32,000 nucleotides of DNA from NCBI RefSeq assembly GCF_000011805.1, contig NC_006840.2; one strand, 5' to 3'. Source of the DNA: Aliivibrio fischeri ES114 (GTDB lineage: Bacteria > Pseudomonadota > Gammaproteobacteria > Enterobacterales > Vibrionaceae). A program made the position numbers and the translations under genes. Every line of letters starts with the position of its first letter. Position 1 is the first letter of the stretch. This document shows positions 9,838-17,708 of this stretch, piece after piece. The notes below the pieces were generated by a model that did not search any database, was not told where the DNA came from, and worked only from the letters and a program-made list of their open reading frames with translations.

Positions 9838-9846
9838 TTGATTTTA

Positions 9847-9875
9847 ATAGCTCCTAATTTAGGGGCTATTTTTTT
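9847..9875 (+). promoter_or_regulatory. Hairpin plus T-run 10 nt after the rph stop; candidate pyrE attenuator/terminator
   Basis: Stem ATAGCTCCT 9847-9855 with AGGGGCTAT 9861-9869 (one G-T pair), followed by a T-run to 9875. The position matches the E. coli rph-pyrE intercistronic attenuator (established knowledge). Function here is inferred. Confidence 0.55.
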
Positions 9876-9888
9876 ATGTATAAAAAGA

Positions 9889-10045
9889 GCAAAGCAGACG
9901 GCTTTGCCTTGAGAGCGCTGCGCTTAAGACGCAGCAAGCTGCTAAAGAATGAAGAAGAGTAAGATTGAGTACAATTGTGTTCTTTTGATTTTCTTTAGCG
10001 AAGCGTCTCAAGGACGGAGTCCGTCTTAAGCGAAGCGCTCTTAAG
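9889..10045. repeat. Nested-palindrome intergenic repeat, copy D (between the rph attenuator and pyrE)
   Basis: 24-nt terminal inverted pair: CTTGAGAGCGCTGCGCTTAAGACG 9908-9931 with CGTCTTAAGCGAAGCGCTCTTAAG 10022-10045, 22 of 24 complementary. Small hairpin: GCAAAGC 9889-9895 with GCTTTGC 9901-9907. Inner words TTTAGCGAAGCGTC and GGACGGAGTCCGTC are shared with the other copies. Confidence 0.8.
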
Positions 10046-10085
10046 TAACTTGTTACGTCTATTTTTTAAAAAAGAGAGAATGAAA

Positions 10086-10727
10086 ATGAAAGCATACCAG
10101 CGTGAGTTTATTGAATTTGCCCTTGAGAAAGAAGTACTAAAGTTTGGTGAGTTTACTTTAAAGTCTGGTCGTAAAAGCCCATATTTCTTTAACGCTGGCT
10201 TATTTAATACCGGTCGTGATTTAGCACGTTTAGGTCGCTTTTATGCAGCTGCATTGGCGGATTCTGGTATTGAATATGACGTATTATTTGGCCCTGCGTA
10301 CAAAGGCATTCCAATCGCAACAACGACTGCAGTAGCATTAGCTGATCACCACGATACAGATAAGCCATACTGTTTTAACCGTAAAGAAGCAAAAGATCAC
10401 GGTGAAGGTGGCAACCTAGTTGGTAGCGCACTTGAAGGCCGCATTATGCTAGTTGATGACGTGATCACAGCCGGTACAGCGATTCGTGAATCAATGGAAA
10501 TCATTCAAGCAAATGGCGCTGATTTAGCGGGTGTTCTTGTGGCTATTGACCGTCAAGAAAAAGGCAAAGGTGAGTTATCGGCGATTCAAGAAGTTGAACG
10601 TGACTTTAATTGCTCAATCATTTCGATTGTAAGTCTGACTGACTTAATCTCTTTCTTAGAAGAGAAAGGCGATAATGCTGAGCAACTAGAAGCCGTAAAA
10701 GCGTACCGTGCTGAGTTTGGTATCTAA
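10086..10727 (+). CDS. pyrE: Orotate phosphoribosyltransferase
   Basis: 213 aa from ATG 10086 ([38 protein letters not shown]...). It is near-colinear with E. coli PyrE. ATG 10080 is an alternative start. Confidence 0.95.
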   Translation: MKAYQREFIEFALEKEVLKFGEFTLKSGRKSPYFFNAGLFNTGRDLARLGRFYAAALADSGIEYDVLFGPAYKGIPIATTTAVALADHHDTDKPYCFNRKEAKDHGEGGNLVGSALEGRIMLVDDVITAGTAIRESMEIIQANGADLAGVLVAIDRQEKGKGELSAIQEVERDFNCSIISIVSLTDLISFLEEKGDNAEQLEAVKAYRAEFGI

Positions 10728-10753
10728 TTGATGCTAAAACCCTTTAAGTAGGG

Positions 10754-11524
10754 TTAATAATGCTTTTTCAAAATAGAAGAGTAAGTGGTTGATGTCGTAT
10801 CAGCCACTTTTTTTTGCGCTTCATCTTCAACATTTGTTGTCTGTGTCATATCGACATTTAACCACTCTTTCATGTTCTTCCAGAGCGGTTTATCAAGCTC
10901 AGGGTAGCGAGCTAAGAAACAGTTCTTTTCTGAAAACATCTCTTGATATGCTTGATGCTCAGACATGGTACCTAAAAGCGGGTACTTCATATGCTGCAGC
11001 ACTTTATGAACAAACTCAGTACCTTGGTTGTTTTCTTTGCAGCGAGTAATAACAAAGGCTAACTCAACATTATTATGCTTAAACGCAGGGGAATTAATTA
11101 AGTCTTTAATGAAGCCAAGCATTGAGTGCACATCAATTGGTGATGGTTGGACAGGGAAGATGATCTTATCAACCATAGAAATATACTTCTCCATCTCAAA
11201 ACGACTAAAGTTAGAGGGAGAATCAATCACTGTGATTTTGGTGTCCGCTTCCAAGCGCAAAGCGAGAGAAAAGGGCACATTTGATGATGGTAAAAAACGA
11301 GTTGTTCTTACCCCTTCGGTTTTACTGCCCCAAAAGTGGCTTGTACCTTGAGGGTCAAGATCAATGATTTCCGTTTTTACTTTTTGATGAGCGTAGAAAG
11401 ACGCCATTGCTATTGCAAACGTGGATTTTCCTGCGCCACCTTTACGGTTGATGACAAGAACTTTTTTACATTGTGCTCGTTTATATCCAACTAACATGAT
11501 GAACTCATCTATAATCATTGACAA
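10754..11524 (-). CDS. Orphan ParA/MinD-family P-loop ATPase
   Basis: Deviant Walker A NRKGGAGKST, an A' motif IIDLDPQG and a Walker B-like ITVIDSP. No parB-like gene is adjacent. Possible starts are TTG 11524, ATG 11518 and ATG 11497. Confidence 0.8.
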   Translation of the reverse strand: MSMIIDEFIMLVGYKRAQCKKVLVINRKGGAGKSTFAIAMASFYAHQKVKTEIIDLDPQGTSHFWGSKTEGVRTTRFLPSSNVPFSLALRLEADTKITVIDSPSNFSRFEMEKYISMVDKIIFPVQPSPIDVHSMLGFIKDLINSPAFKHNNVELAFVITRCKENNQGTEFVHKVLQHMKYPLLGTMSEHQAYQEMFSEKNCFLARYPELDKPLWKNMKEWLNVDMTQTTNVEDEAQKKVADTTSTTYSSILKKHY

Positions 11525-11702
11525 TATTATAACTAAGCAATCAATATGCCATGTAATTCAAGTTTGACACGGTAATCTGTCTTAAAGTTTGAACTCGTTA
11601 CATAAAAAGTAACAATTTCATCTCTCATTTTTTATGAAATACCGCTTCAATTGCTTCGAGTTACGAGTAAACTGAAATAAGACATATATTGAGGTTAAGC
11701 CC

Positions 11703-12422
11703 ATGCAAGAAAACCATAAGATTTTAGTAGTTGATGATGATGCTCGTCTTCGTTCTTTATTAGAGCGTTACTTGTCAGAACAAGGCTTTCAAGTGCGTAG
11801 CGTAGCTAACAGTGAACAAATGGACCGTTTATTGGCTCGTGAAACTTTCCACCTAATGGTATTGGACTTAATGTTGCCGGGTGAAGATGGCCTATCTATT
11901 TGCCGCCGCTTACGCAGTGCAAATAATATGTTGCCGATCCTAATGCTAACGGCAAAAGGCGATGAGATTGATCGCATTGTTGGTTTGGAAGTCGGTGCTG
12001 ATGATTACTTACCAAAACCATTTAACCCACGTGAATTACTAGCACGTATTCGTGCGGTATTACGTCGCCAAGTAATTGAAGCGCCTGGTGCTCCAAGTGC
12101 AGAAGATAAAATGATTGAGTTTGGTGAATTCCGCTTAAATCTAGGCACACGTGAAATGTTCCGTAATGAAGAACCAATGCCACTGACATCAGGGGAATTT
12201 GCCGTTCTAAAATCATTAGTGACGAACATGCGTGAACCAATGTCGCGCGATAAATTGATGAATATGGCTCGTGGCCGCGAATATTCAGCAATGGAACGTT
12301 CAATTGACGTTCAAATTTCTCGTCTTCGTCGTATGATTGAAGAAGATCCAAGTCGTCCACGCTATATTCAAACGGTGTGGGGATTAGGTTATGTATTTGT
12401 TCCTGATGGGGCAGAAGCGTAA
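11703..12422 (+). CDS. ompR: Osmolarity response regulator OmpR
   Basis: 239 aa. It has a receiver domain (ILVVDDD...VLDLMLPGEDG) and a winged-helix OmpR/PhoB output domain (IQTVWGLGYVF), and is highly similar to enterobacterial OmpR. Confidence 0.95.
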   Translation: MQENHKILVVDDDARLRSLLERYLSEQGFQVRSVANSEQMDRLLARETFHLMVLDLMLPGEDGLSICRRLRSANNMLPILMLTAKGDEIDRIVGLEVGADDYLPKPFNPRELLARIRAVLRRQVIEAPGAPSAEDKMIEFGEFRLNLGTREMFRNEEPMPLTSGEFAVLKSLVTNMREPMSRDKLMNMARGREYSAMERSIDVQISRLRRMIEEDPSRPRYIQTVWGLGYVFVPDGAEA

Positions 12423-12425
12423 GAG

Positions 12426-12830
12426 TAGGGACGAGAATTGAGTACGTTTCGCTTAAGGGGCGAGGAAGAGCGTTAAAAGCAGAGTTCAGATCGGTCGCAG
12501 GCTCCCTTGCAGGATTCAGGGGAGATCGTTGTGATATCTACGATCACAGTACAGCTCCTCCCCTTGTTCATTAATGTTACTTGGTAGTAATTGTTGATAT
12601 AAGGGGAGGCTAGGAGGGGTTGTAAATGATGAAGTTCGGTTTAACCGAATAGCAAGAAACATTATAACCAACCCCCCCTCTAACTCCCCCTTGTATTAAC
12701 TATGTCGATCTCATGGCTATTGCGATAAAGGGGGAGAACCTTTCTTTGTCGCTGCTATAACAATATCCACCTCTGAATTCTGCTAGCGAAGCGATCTGAA
12801 CTCTGCTCTTTCAGAACCCTAGTCTTCAAA
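12426..12830. repeat. Nested-palindrome intergenic repeat, copy E (double-core form between ompR and envZ)
   Basis: Outer module TAGGGACGAG starts at 12426. Long-form arm 12479-12522. Linker hairpin: GATCGT 12524-12529 with ACGATC 12540-12545. Type-1 core: 12557-12565 with 12601-12609. Central palindrome TTCGGTTTAACCGAA at 12635-12649. Reverse type-2 core: 12684-12692 with 12728-12736. Short-form arm 12770-12806. The two arms are equidistant from about position 12642. Confidence 0.9.
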
Positions 12831-12854
12831 TTCATCACCAAACAGAGAACCTCT

Positions 12855-14159
12855 ATGAAAAGCACCTTCGCCAGAACCCTTTTACTCCTCGCATCCCTTC
12901 TTATCGCCAGTCAAGTATTCTCCTATCTCGCGGTTTTTAATTACGCCTTATTACCTAGCTTGCAGCAGTTTAATCGCATTTTGGCTTATGAAGTACGCTT
13001 AATGTTGGCGGAAGATGTCACGCTAGAGAGTGGTAAAAATGTTCATTTAGGGCAGCCTCTACGACGCCAATTATTAGAGCAACTTGGTGTAAGTATTCAT
13101 GATGAAAACGATCCTGATATGAAAGAGTATTATCAGGCCAGTCCGGTTGAATTTTTAAGTGAAGAGATGACTCAGGAATTAGGGGCACCAACAGAGGTGC
13201 GTTTGATTCTAGGTGCAGACAGCTATGTATTGTGGATGAAGAGTGAAGCAATGCCTGAGTTTTATATGCGAATACCACTTTCAGAGCTGCAAGAAGATGA
13301 TTTTGCACCGCTCTTTAGAAACAGTTTATTTATCGCTCTACTCGTCATTCTTGGTGGTTGGACGTTTATTAAAATTCAGAATAGACCATTAATGGCACTG
13401 CAAACTGCCGCTCGTAAAGTAGGTAAAGGTGAAATACCCGATCCGTTACCTGAAAAAGGAGCATCAGAGATTCAAGCAGTGACTCGTGCATTTAACCAAA
13501 TGTCGAAGGGCATTCAGAAATTAGAGCAAGACCGAGCGTTATTAATGGCCGGGGTCAGTCATGATATTCGAACACCATTAACTCGGATTCGTTTAGCCAC
13601 AGAAATGATGTCTCCAGAAGACAGCTACCTTGCCGAAAGTATGATTAAAGACACGGAAGAGTGTAATGAGATCATCGGTCAATTCATGGACTATTTAAAG
13701 CCAGTCGCAAAGCAAGATTTTACTCAGGTGGATGTTAATACCATCGTTAATGAAGTGATATTAGCTGAGGGTGGTTATGAACGTGAAATTCAAACCAAAC
13801 TCGCCATGATCCCAAAAGCGATTAATGGTAATGCAGTAGCAATTAAGCGAGTGATCACTAATTTGGTCGTTAATGCGATTCGATATGGTGGTGATTGGAT
13901 CCAAGTCTCAACCAGTGTGTCTGCTGACCATAAAACCGTATGGATTATTATTGAAGATAATGGCCCTGGAGTTGATAACGCACAGCTAGAAACCGTTTTT
14001 GAACCTTTTACTCGAGGTGATACAGCTCGTGGTAGTGAAGGAACAGGGTTAGGATTAGCCATTGTTAAGCGTATTGTTACTCAGCATCAAGGTGAAGTGA
14101 GTTTATCGAACCGAAGTGAAGGTGGTTTGAAGGTTCAAGTTGAGTTTCCGTTGGGGTAA
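12855..14159 (+). CDS. envZ: Osmosensor histidine kinase EnvZ
   Basis: 434 aa. FARTLLLL...[16 protein letters not shown] aligns with the EnvZ N-terminus, followed by a HAMP domain, an H-box [22 protein letters not shown] and the G2 box GTGLGLAIV. The frame is open upstream only to TGA 12774-12776, with no ATG, GTG or TTG before 12855. The Shine-Dalgarno sequence is weak. Confidence 0.9.
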   Translation: MKSTFARTLLLLASLLIASQVFSYLAVFNYALLPSLQQFNRILAYEVRLMLAEDVTLESGKNVHLGQPLRRQLLEQLGVSIHDENDPDMKEYYQASPVEFLSEEMTQELGAPTEVRLILGADSYVLWMKSEAMPEFYMRIPLSELQEDDFAPLFRNSLFIALLVILGGWTFIKIQNRPLMALQTAARKVGKGEIPDPLPEKGASEIQAVTRAFNQMSKGIQKLEQDRALLMAGVSHDIRTPLTRIRLATEMMSPEDSYLAESMIKDTEECNEIIGQFMDYLKPVAKQDFTQVDVNTIVNEVILAEGGYEREIQTKLAMIPKAINGNAVAIKRVITNLVVNAIRYGGDWIQVSTSVSADHKTVWIIIEDNGPGVDNAQLETVFEPFTRGDTARGSEGTGLGLAIVKRIVTQHQGEVSLSNRSEGGLKVQVEFPLG

Positions 14160-14405
14160 GAGTAAAAAGCTAGGATTCAGGTCTCAGGTTTCAGGAAGAG
14201 CAAAAGCGAGTACACCTGAAACCTGCAAGCGTAGCGCCCTGAAACCTAAAAACTCACCACATCAACCATGTCCGCTCTTATAGTTTCTAGTCAGCGCAGC
14301 GTATCGTTCCTAGTAAAAAATAAAAAAGACCGCAGATGATAATCACCTGCGGTCTTTTTCGTTTTTACTCGTCCTTAGAGCGAAGAGAACTTGTTTCTAG
14401 TCCCT
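14160..14405. repeat. Nested-palindrome intergenic repeat, copy F (convergent envZ/xanP gap)
   Basis: TTTCAGG module with an 11-bp stem, CAGGTTTCAGG 14185-14195 with CCTGAAACCTG 14215-14225, and a 19-nt loop. Also CAAGCGTAGCGCCCTGAAACC and a T-module, CTTATAGTTTCTAGTCAGCGCAGCGTATCG, at 14277-14306. The degenerate outer end ...CTAGTCCCT finishes at 14405, directly abutting the xanP stop codon. Confidence 0.85.
14322..14359. terminator. Bidirectional Rho-independent terminator embedded in copy F
   Basis: Stem GACCGCAG 14328-14335 with CTGCGGTC 14347-14354. An A-run lies upstream and TTTTT downstream. Confidence 0.8.
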
Positions 14406-15797
14406 TTAAGCAATCACATCTTGTTTTGCTTCTTCTTTCACTTCTGCATACGGCAATACGATATTTAAGATAATCGCAGTTACACCACCAGCAGTTACAC
14501 CTGATGAGAAAATGTTTTTAATCATCTCAGGCATGAACTGAAGAATTTCAGGTTTTTGAGCTAAACCAAGACCCATGGAGAAAGACATAGCCATGATTAG
14601 GATCGCGCGACGATCTAGTTCAACACGAGAGATAATACGCACACCAGCAGCCGCAATCGTACCGAACATCACAATAGTCGCACCACCAAGCACAGGCTCA
14701 GGAATGATCTGCACCATGCTTGCTACCCCTGGGAATAAACCAAGAAGAACTAGCATACCTGCGATGAAATAACCCACATAACGGCTTGCTACACCCGTTA
14801 ATAGAATTACGCCATTGTTTTGGCTAAACGTTGAGTTAGGGAAGCTGTTAAATGCTGCAGCGATTGCCGAGTTAATACCATCAGCTAATACACCGCCTTT
14901 AATGCGCTTCATATAAACCGGTCCTTTCACTGGTTGGCCTGATACTTCTGATGTCGCAGTAATATCACCAATGGCTTCTAGTGCCGTGATTAAGAAGATA
15001 AGCACCAAAGGAATAAACAGAGACCAGTCAAAACCTAAGCCATATTGCATAGGAATAGGTAGGGCAATGAGAGCTGCATCATGAGACATCTCTGTATTAA
15101 GCATTCCCATCGCCCACGCCACTAGCGTACCTACCGTCATTGCGATAACGATAGACGCCATACGTAGGTAAGGGTTAGTTGCTCGGTTTAATACCACAAT
15201 AATTAGTAATACCGTGCCAGCAAGAGCGAGTTTATCAAGGCTACCAAATGTGCCTTCGCCCATAGCTGAATACCCGCCCCCCATAGACACTAAACCGACT
15301 TGAATAAGAGTAAGGCCAATTAGGGTAACAACAATGCCAGAGACTAATGGAGTAATGATTTTTTGAGCGTATTCAAGAACACGAGACAGGAAAATTTCAG
15401 CGGTTGAAGCAACAAGAATGGTACCGAAAATGGCTGCCATCATTGTAGGAACATCAGCACCACCGGCTTTTAGTGCAAGGCCAGCACCAATGATTGGGCC
15501 TAAGAAATTAAAACTGGTGCCTTGAACTGAAAGTAAGCCAGAACCGATAGGGCCAAAGGTTTTAATTTGAATAAAAGAAGAAATGCCCGAAGCAAATAAA
15601 GACATGCTGATGATGGTATTGGTTTCAGCCGCTGGAACACCAAGTGTCTGACAGATGATCAGAGAAGGCGTAATAATAGCAACAAACATTGCCAGTAAGT
15701 GCTGAAAAGCAGCAAATAAAGTGTGCGGTAGCGGTGGACGATCATCTAATTGGTAGATCAATTCAGATGGTTTTGTGGTGCTGTTTTTAACGGTCAT
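14406..15797 (-). CDS. xanP: NCS2-family xanthine permease (XanP/YicE-like)
   Basis: 463 aa and colinear with E. coli XanP as I recall it ([34 protein letters not shown]...GDITATSxVSxQPVxGP...[16 protein letters not shown]). Confidence 0.85.
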   Translation of the reverse strand: MTVKNSTTKPSELIYQLDDRPPLPHTLFAAFQHLLAMFVAIITPSLIICQTLGVPAAETNTIISMSLFASGISSFIQIKTFGPIGSGLLSVQGTSFNFLGPIIGAGLALKAGGADVPTMMAAIFGTILVASTAEIFLSRVLEYAQKIITPLVSGIVVTLIGLTLIQVGLVSMGGGYSAMGEGTFGSLDKLALAGTVLLIIVVLNRATNPYLRMASIVIAMTVGTLVAWAMGMLNTEMSHDAALIALPIPMQYGLGFDWSLFIPLVLIFLITALEAIGDITATSEVSGQPVKGPVYMKRIKGGVLADGINSAIAAAFNSFPNSTFSQNNGVILLTGVASRYVGYFIAGMLVLLGLFPGVASMVQIIPEPVLGGATIVMFGTIAAAGVRIISRVELDRRAILIMAMSFSMGLGLAQKPEILQFMPEMIKNIFSSGVTAGGVTAIILNIVLPYAEVKEEAKQDVIA

Positions 15798-15997
15798 GGC
15801 CGATATTCCTAGTTGTGTAACGTTGTCTTCAAATCTCGCTGAATGGGAGTTTGAAGTGAGAAGGCGTCAATCTGTGATTGCTGTTAATCAGAACCTTTCT
15901 CGATAGGGTTGCATTGTTAAGTTCAATACTTAATCAATTGGAGCGGTATTTTATAGATAATTTAATGAAAAGCAATCGTTTGCTTCGTTTTTTAAAT

Positions 15998-16177
15998 GAA
16001 GGGACGAGAGACGAGGACGCTTCGCTCGAGAGGGAGGCAGGGCAAAGTCGAAGAGCGAGGATTCAGGTCGCTTCGCTTGCAGGCTTCAGGTGTACTTGCT
16101 TTTGATTTTCCTGAAACCTGAAACCTGAAACCTGAAACCTCGCCTTTGCTCTTATAGCTTCTAACTCCGCCCCGTCC
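15998..16177. repeat. Nested-palindrome intergenic repeat, copy G (overlaps the comF 3' end)
   Basis: Outer module GGGACGAGAGACGAGGACGCTTCGCTCGAG starts at 16001. Arm AGGATTCAGGTCGCTTCGCTTGCAGGCTTCAGG at 16058-16090. A 19-nt loop follows, then CCTGAAA x4 at 16110-16140. The end CTTATAGCTTCTAACTCCGCCCCGTCC reaches 16177, inside comF. Confidence 0.85.
16110..16140. repeat. Tandem heptamer (CCTGAAA) x4.4
   Basis: Four perfect head-to-tail CCTGAAA units at 16110-16137 plus CCT. Other copies of the same module carry one or two units. Confidence 0.95.
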
Positions 16178-16880
16178 TACAAACCGTATACACATCAATA
16201 CGCTCAACTCCCGCTTTCCTTAATTCCACACACAACAGATTAATCGTTGCACCTGTTGTCACCACATCATCAACAAGAGCAACGTGTTTTTCTTTGATTG
16301 GTTGAGTGATTTTAAATGCGCCGAGTAAATTGGTTTGTCTAAACGAGCGAGATAAACCTTGTTGAGGCCTTGTCGCTTTTACACGCTTCAATATCTTGTT
16401 ATTACAGTGAGTGGTGGACGACTTAAGGTTGAACTCCCTTTCTAATGTCCAACCTAAATGATCACTTTGATTGTAAGAACGCCACCAAAATCGTTTCCAA
16501 TGAAGAGGAACAGGAAGAATGAGAGGCGCTGGTTCAGGGATGTGCTTACTGAGTAATACGCCTAAATCTTGGGCTAGCCAGAACTGTTGAGCGTATTTAA
16601 GTTTATTAATGTATTCGCGTAATGGTTCAGAATAATCACTTACACAATATAAGCGGTCCCATTGTGGTGGGTTCAAAAGACACTCTCCGCAGACATCGGT
16701 CTCATGCTCGGTTTGCAAACCACATCGCTGACAGCGAGGCACTGTTTTGATTAAATCTAAGCAAGCTTGGCACCAAATGGTTTCAGATGGTGGCATTGCT
16801 TGTGAGCAAAAGTCACAATGACTTACGCCTAATTTTTGTATTGATCTTCTTATCCACCTGATGAACACTAAACCACCCAT
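16161..16880 (-). CDS. comF: ComF/GntX-family competence protein (phosphoribosyltransferase fold)
   Basis: 239 aa. The N-terminal Cys-rich zinc-finger-like region (CxxC repeats) is followed by a C-terminal PRTase motif, VALVDDVVTTGAT. The gene is divergent from bioH, as gntX is in E. coli. Confidence 0.85.
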   Translation of the reverse strand: MGGLVFIRWIRRSIQKLGVSHCDFCSQAMPPSETIWCQACLDLIKTVPRCQRCGLQTEHETDVCGECLLNPPQWDRLYCVSDYSEPLREYINKLKYAQQFWLAQDLGVLLSKHIPEPAPLILPVPLHWKRFWWRSYNQSDHLGWTLEREFNLKSSTTHCNNKILKRVKATRPQQGLSRSFRQTNLLGAFKITQPIKEKHVALVDDVVTTGATINLLCVELRKAGVERIDVYTVCRTGRS

Positions 16881-16908
16881 ACTAATTAATCATTAACAGG
16901 CAGTGTAG

Positions 16909-17682
16909 ATGACAACACCTCTTTATTGGCAAACGGAAGGCGAAGGTTCCGATCTGGTTCTCATTCATGGATGGGGAATGAATGGAGCGGTGTGGCAGAC
17001 CACATCTGAAAAGCTTAGCCAGCATTATCGTGTGCATACTGTCGATTTATCTGGTTATGGTCACAGTGCAGAGTTAGGCTGTGCTGATTTTGATGAAATG
17101 GTAAAACAAGTTCTTGCTCAAGCACCTAAAAAGGCTGCATGGTTAGGTTGGTCATTAGGGGGATTGATTGCGACAAAAGCTGCGTTAACTTCTCCCGAGC
17201 GAGTATCACAACTCATTACCGTTGCGAGTTCACCACGGTTTTCAGCAGAGAAAGGCTGGCGAGGCATAAAACCTCTCGTATTATCACAATTTACTGAGCA
17301 GCTAAAAACCGATTTCACATTAACCGTTGAGCGCTTTATGGCACTACAAGCTATGGGTAGTCCTAATGCTAAGCAAGACATTAAGTTAGTAAAAAAGGCT
17401 GTATTTTCAAGGCCTATGCCTGATCAGCAAGCATTAGCTACAGGTTTAATGATTCTGGCCGATATAGATCTACGAGAAGCTGTATCTCAATTGTCGATGC
17501 CAGTATGTCGTATGTATGGACGACTGGATGGATTAGTGCCAATTAAAGTTGCTCATGATATGGATGAACTTATGCCGAATTCGGCTAAAATCGTTTTTGA
17601 GCAAGCATCACACGCACCTTTTATTTCGCATAATGACGAATTTATTTCTGAGCTACGCACTTTTTTAAATCAACACGCTTAG
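16909..17682 (+). CDS. bioH: Pimeloyl-ACP methyl ester carboxylesterase BioH
   Basis: 257 aa. It has the alpha/beta-hydrolase motifs LVLIHGWGMN and the nucleophile elbow GWSLGG, and is colinear with E. coli BioH. Confidence 0.95.
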   Translation: MTTPLYWQTEGEGSDLVLIHGWGMNGAVWQTTSEKLSQHYRVHTVDLSGYGHSAELGCADFDEMVKQVLAQAPKKAAWLGWSLGGLIATKAALTSPERVSQLITVASSPRFSAEKGWRGIKPLVLSQFTEQLKTDFTLTVERFMALQAMGSPNAKQDIKLVKKAVFSRPMPDQQALATGLMILADIDLREAVSQLSMPVCRMYGRLDGLVPIKVAHDMDELMPNSAKIVFEQASHAPFISHNDEFISELRTFLNQHA

Positions 17683-17708
17683 TTTTTATTTAGTTAAGGA
17701 AACGCTTT

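Noticed and set aside
12612-12652. A mini-ORF lies behind the Shine-Dalgarno-like core arm in copy E. AGGAGG at 12612-12617 is followed 8 nt later by ATGATGAAGTTCGGTTTAACCGAATAG (MMKFGLTE). A similar 8-codon ORF follows the core in copy K.
   Set aside because: The peptides are unrelated between copies, copy L has no ATG at the equivalent place, and the sequence is better explained as the central palindrome of the element.
15798-15997. I looked for a purine riboswitch or PurR box upstream of the xanthine permease gene.
   Set aside because: I could not find the conserved purine-riboswitch junction motifs on the minus strand. The only PurR-like feature is a short AACGTT core (about 15820-15825) without the flanking consensus.
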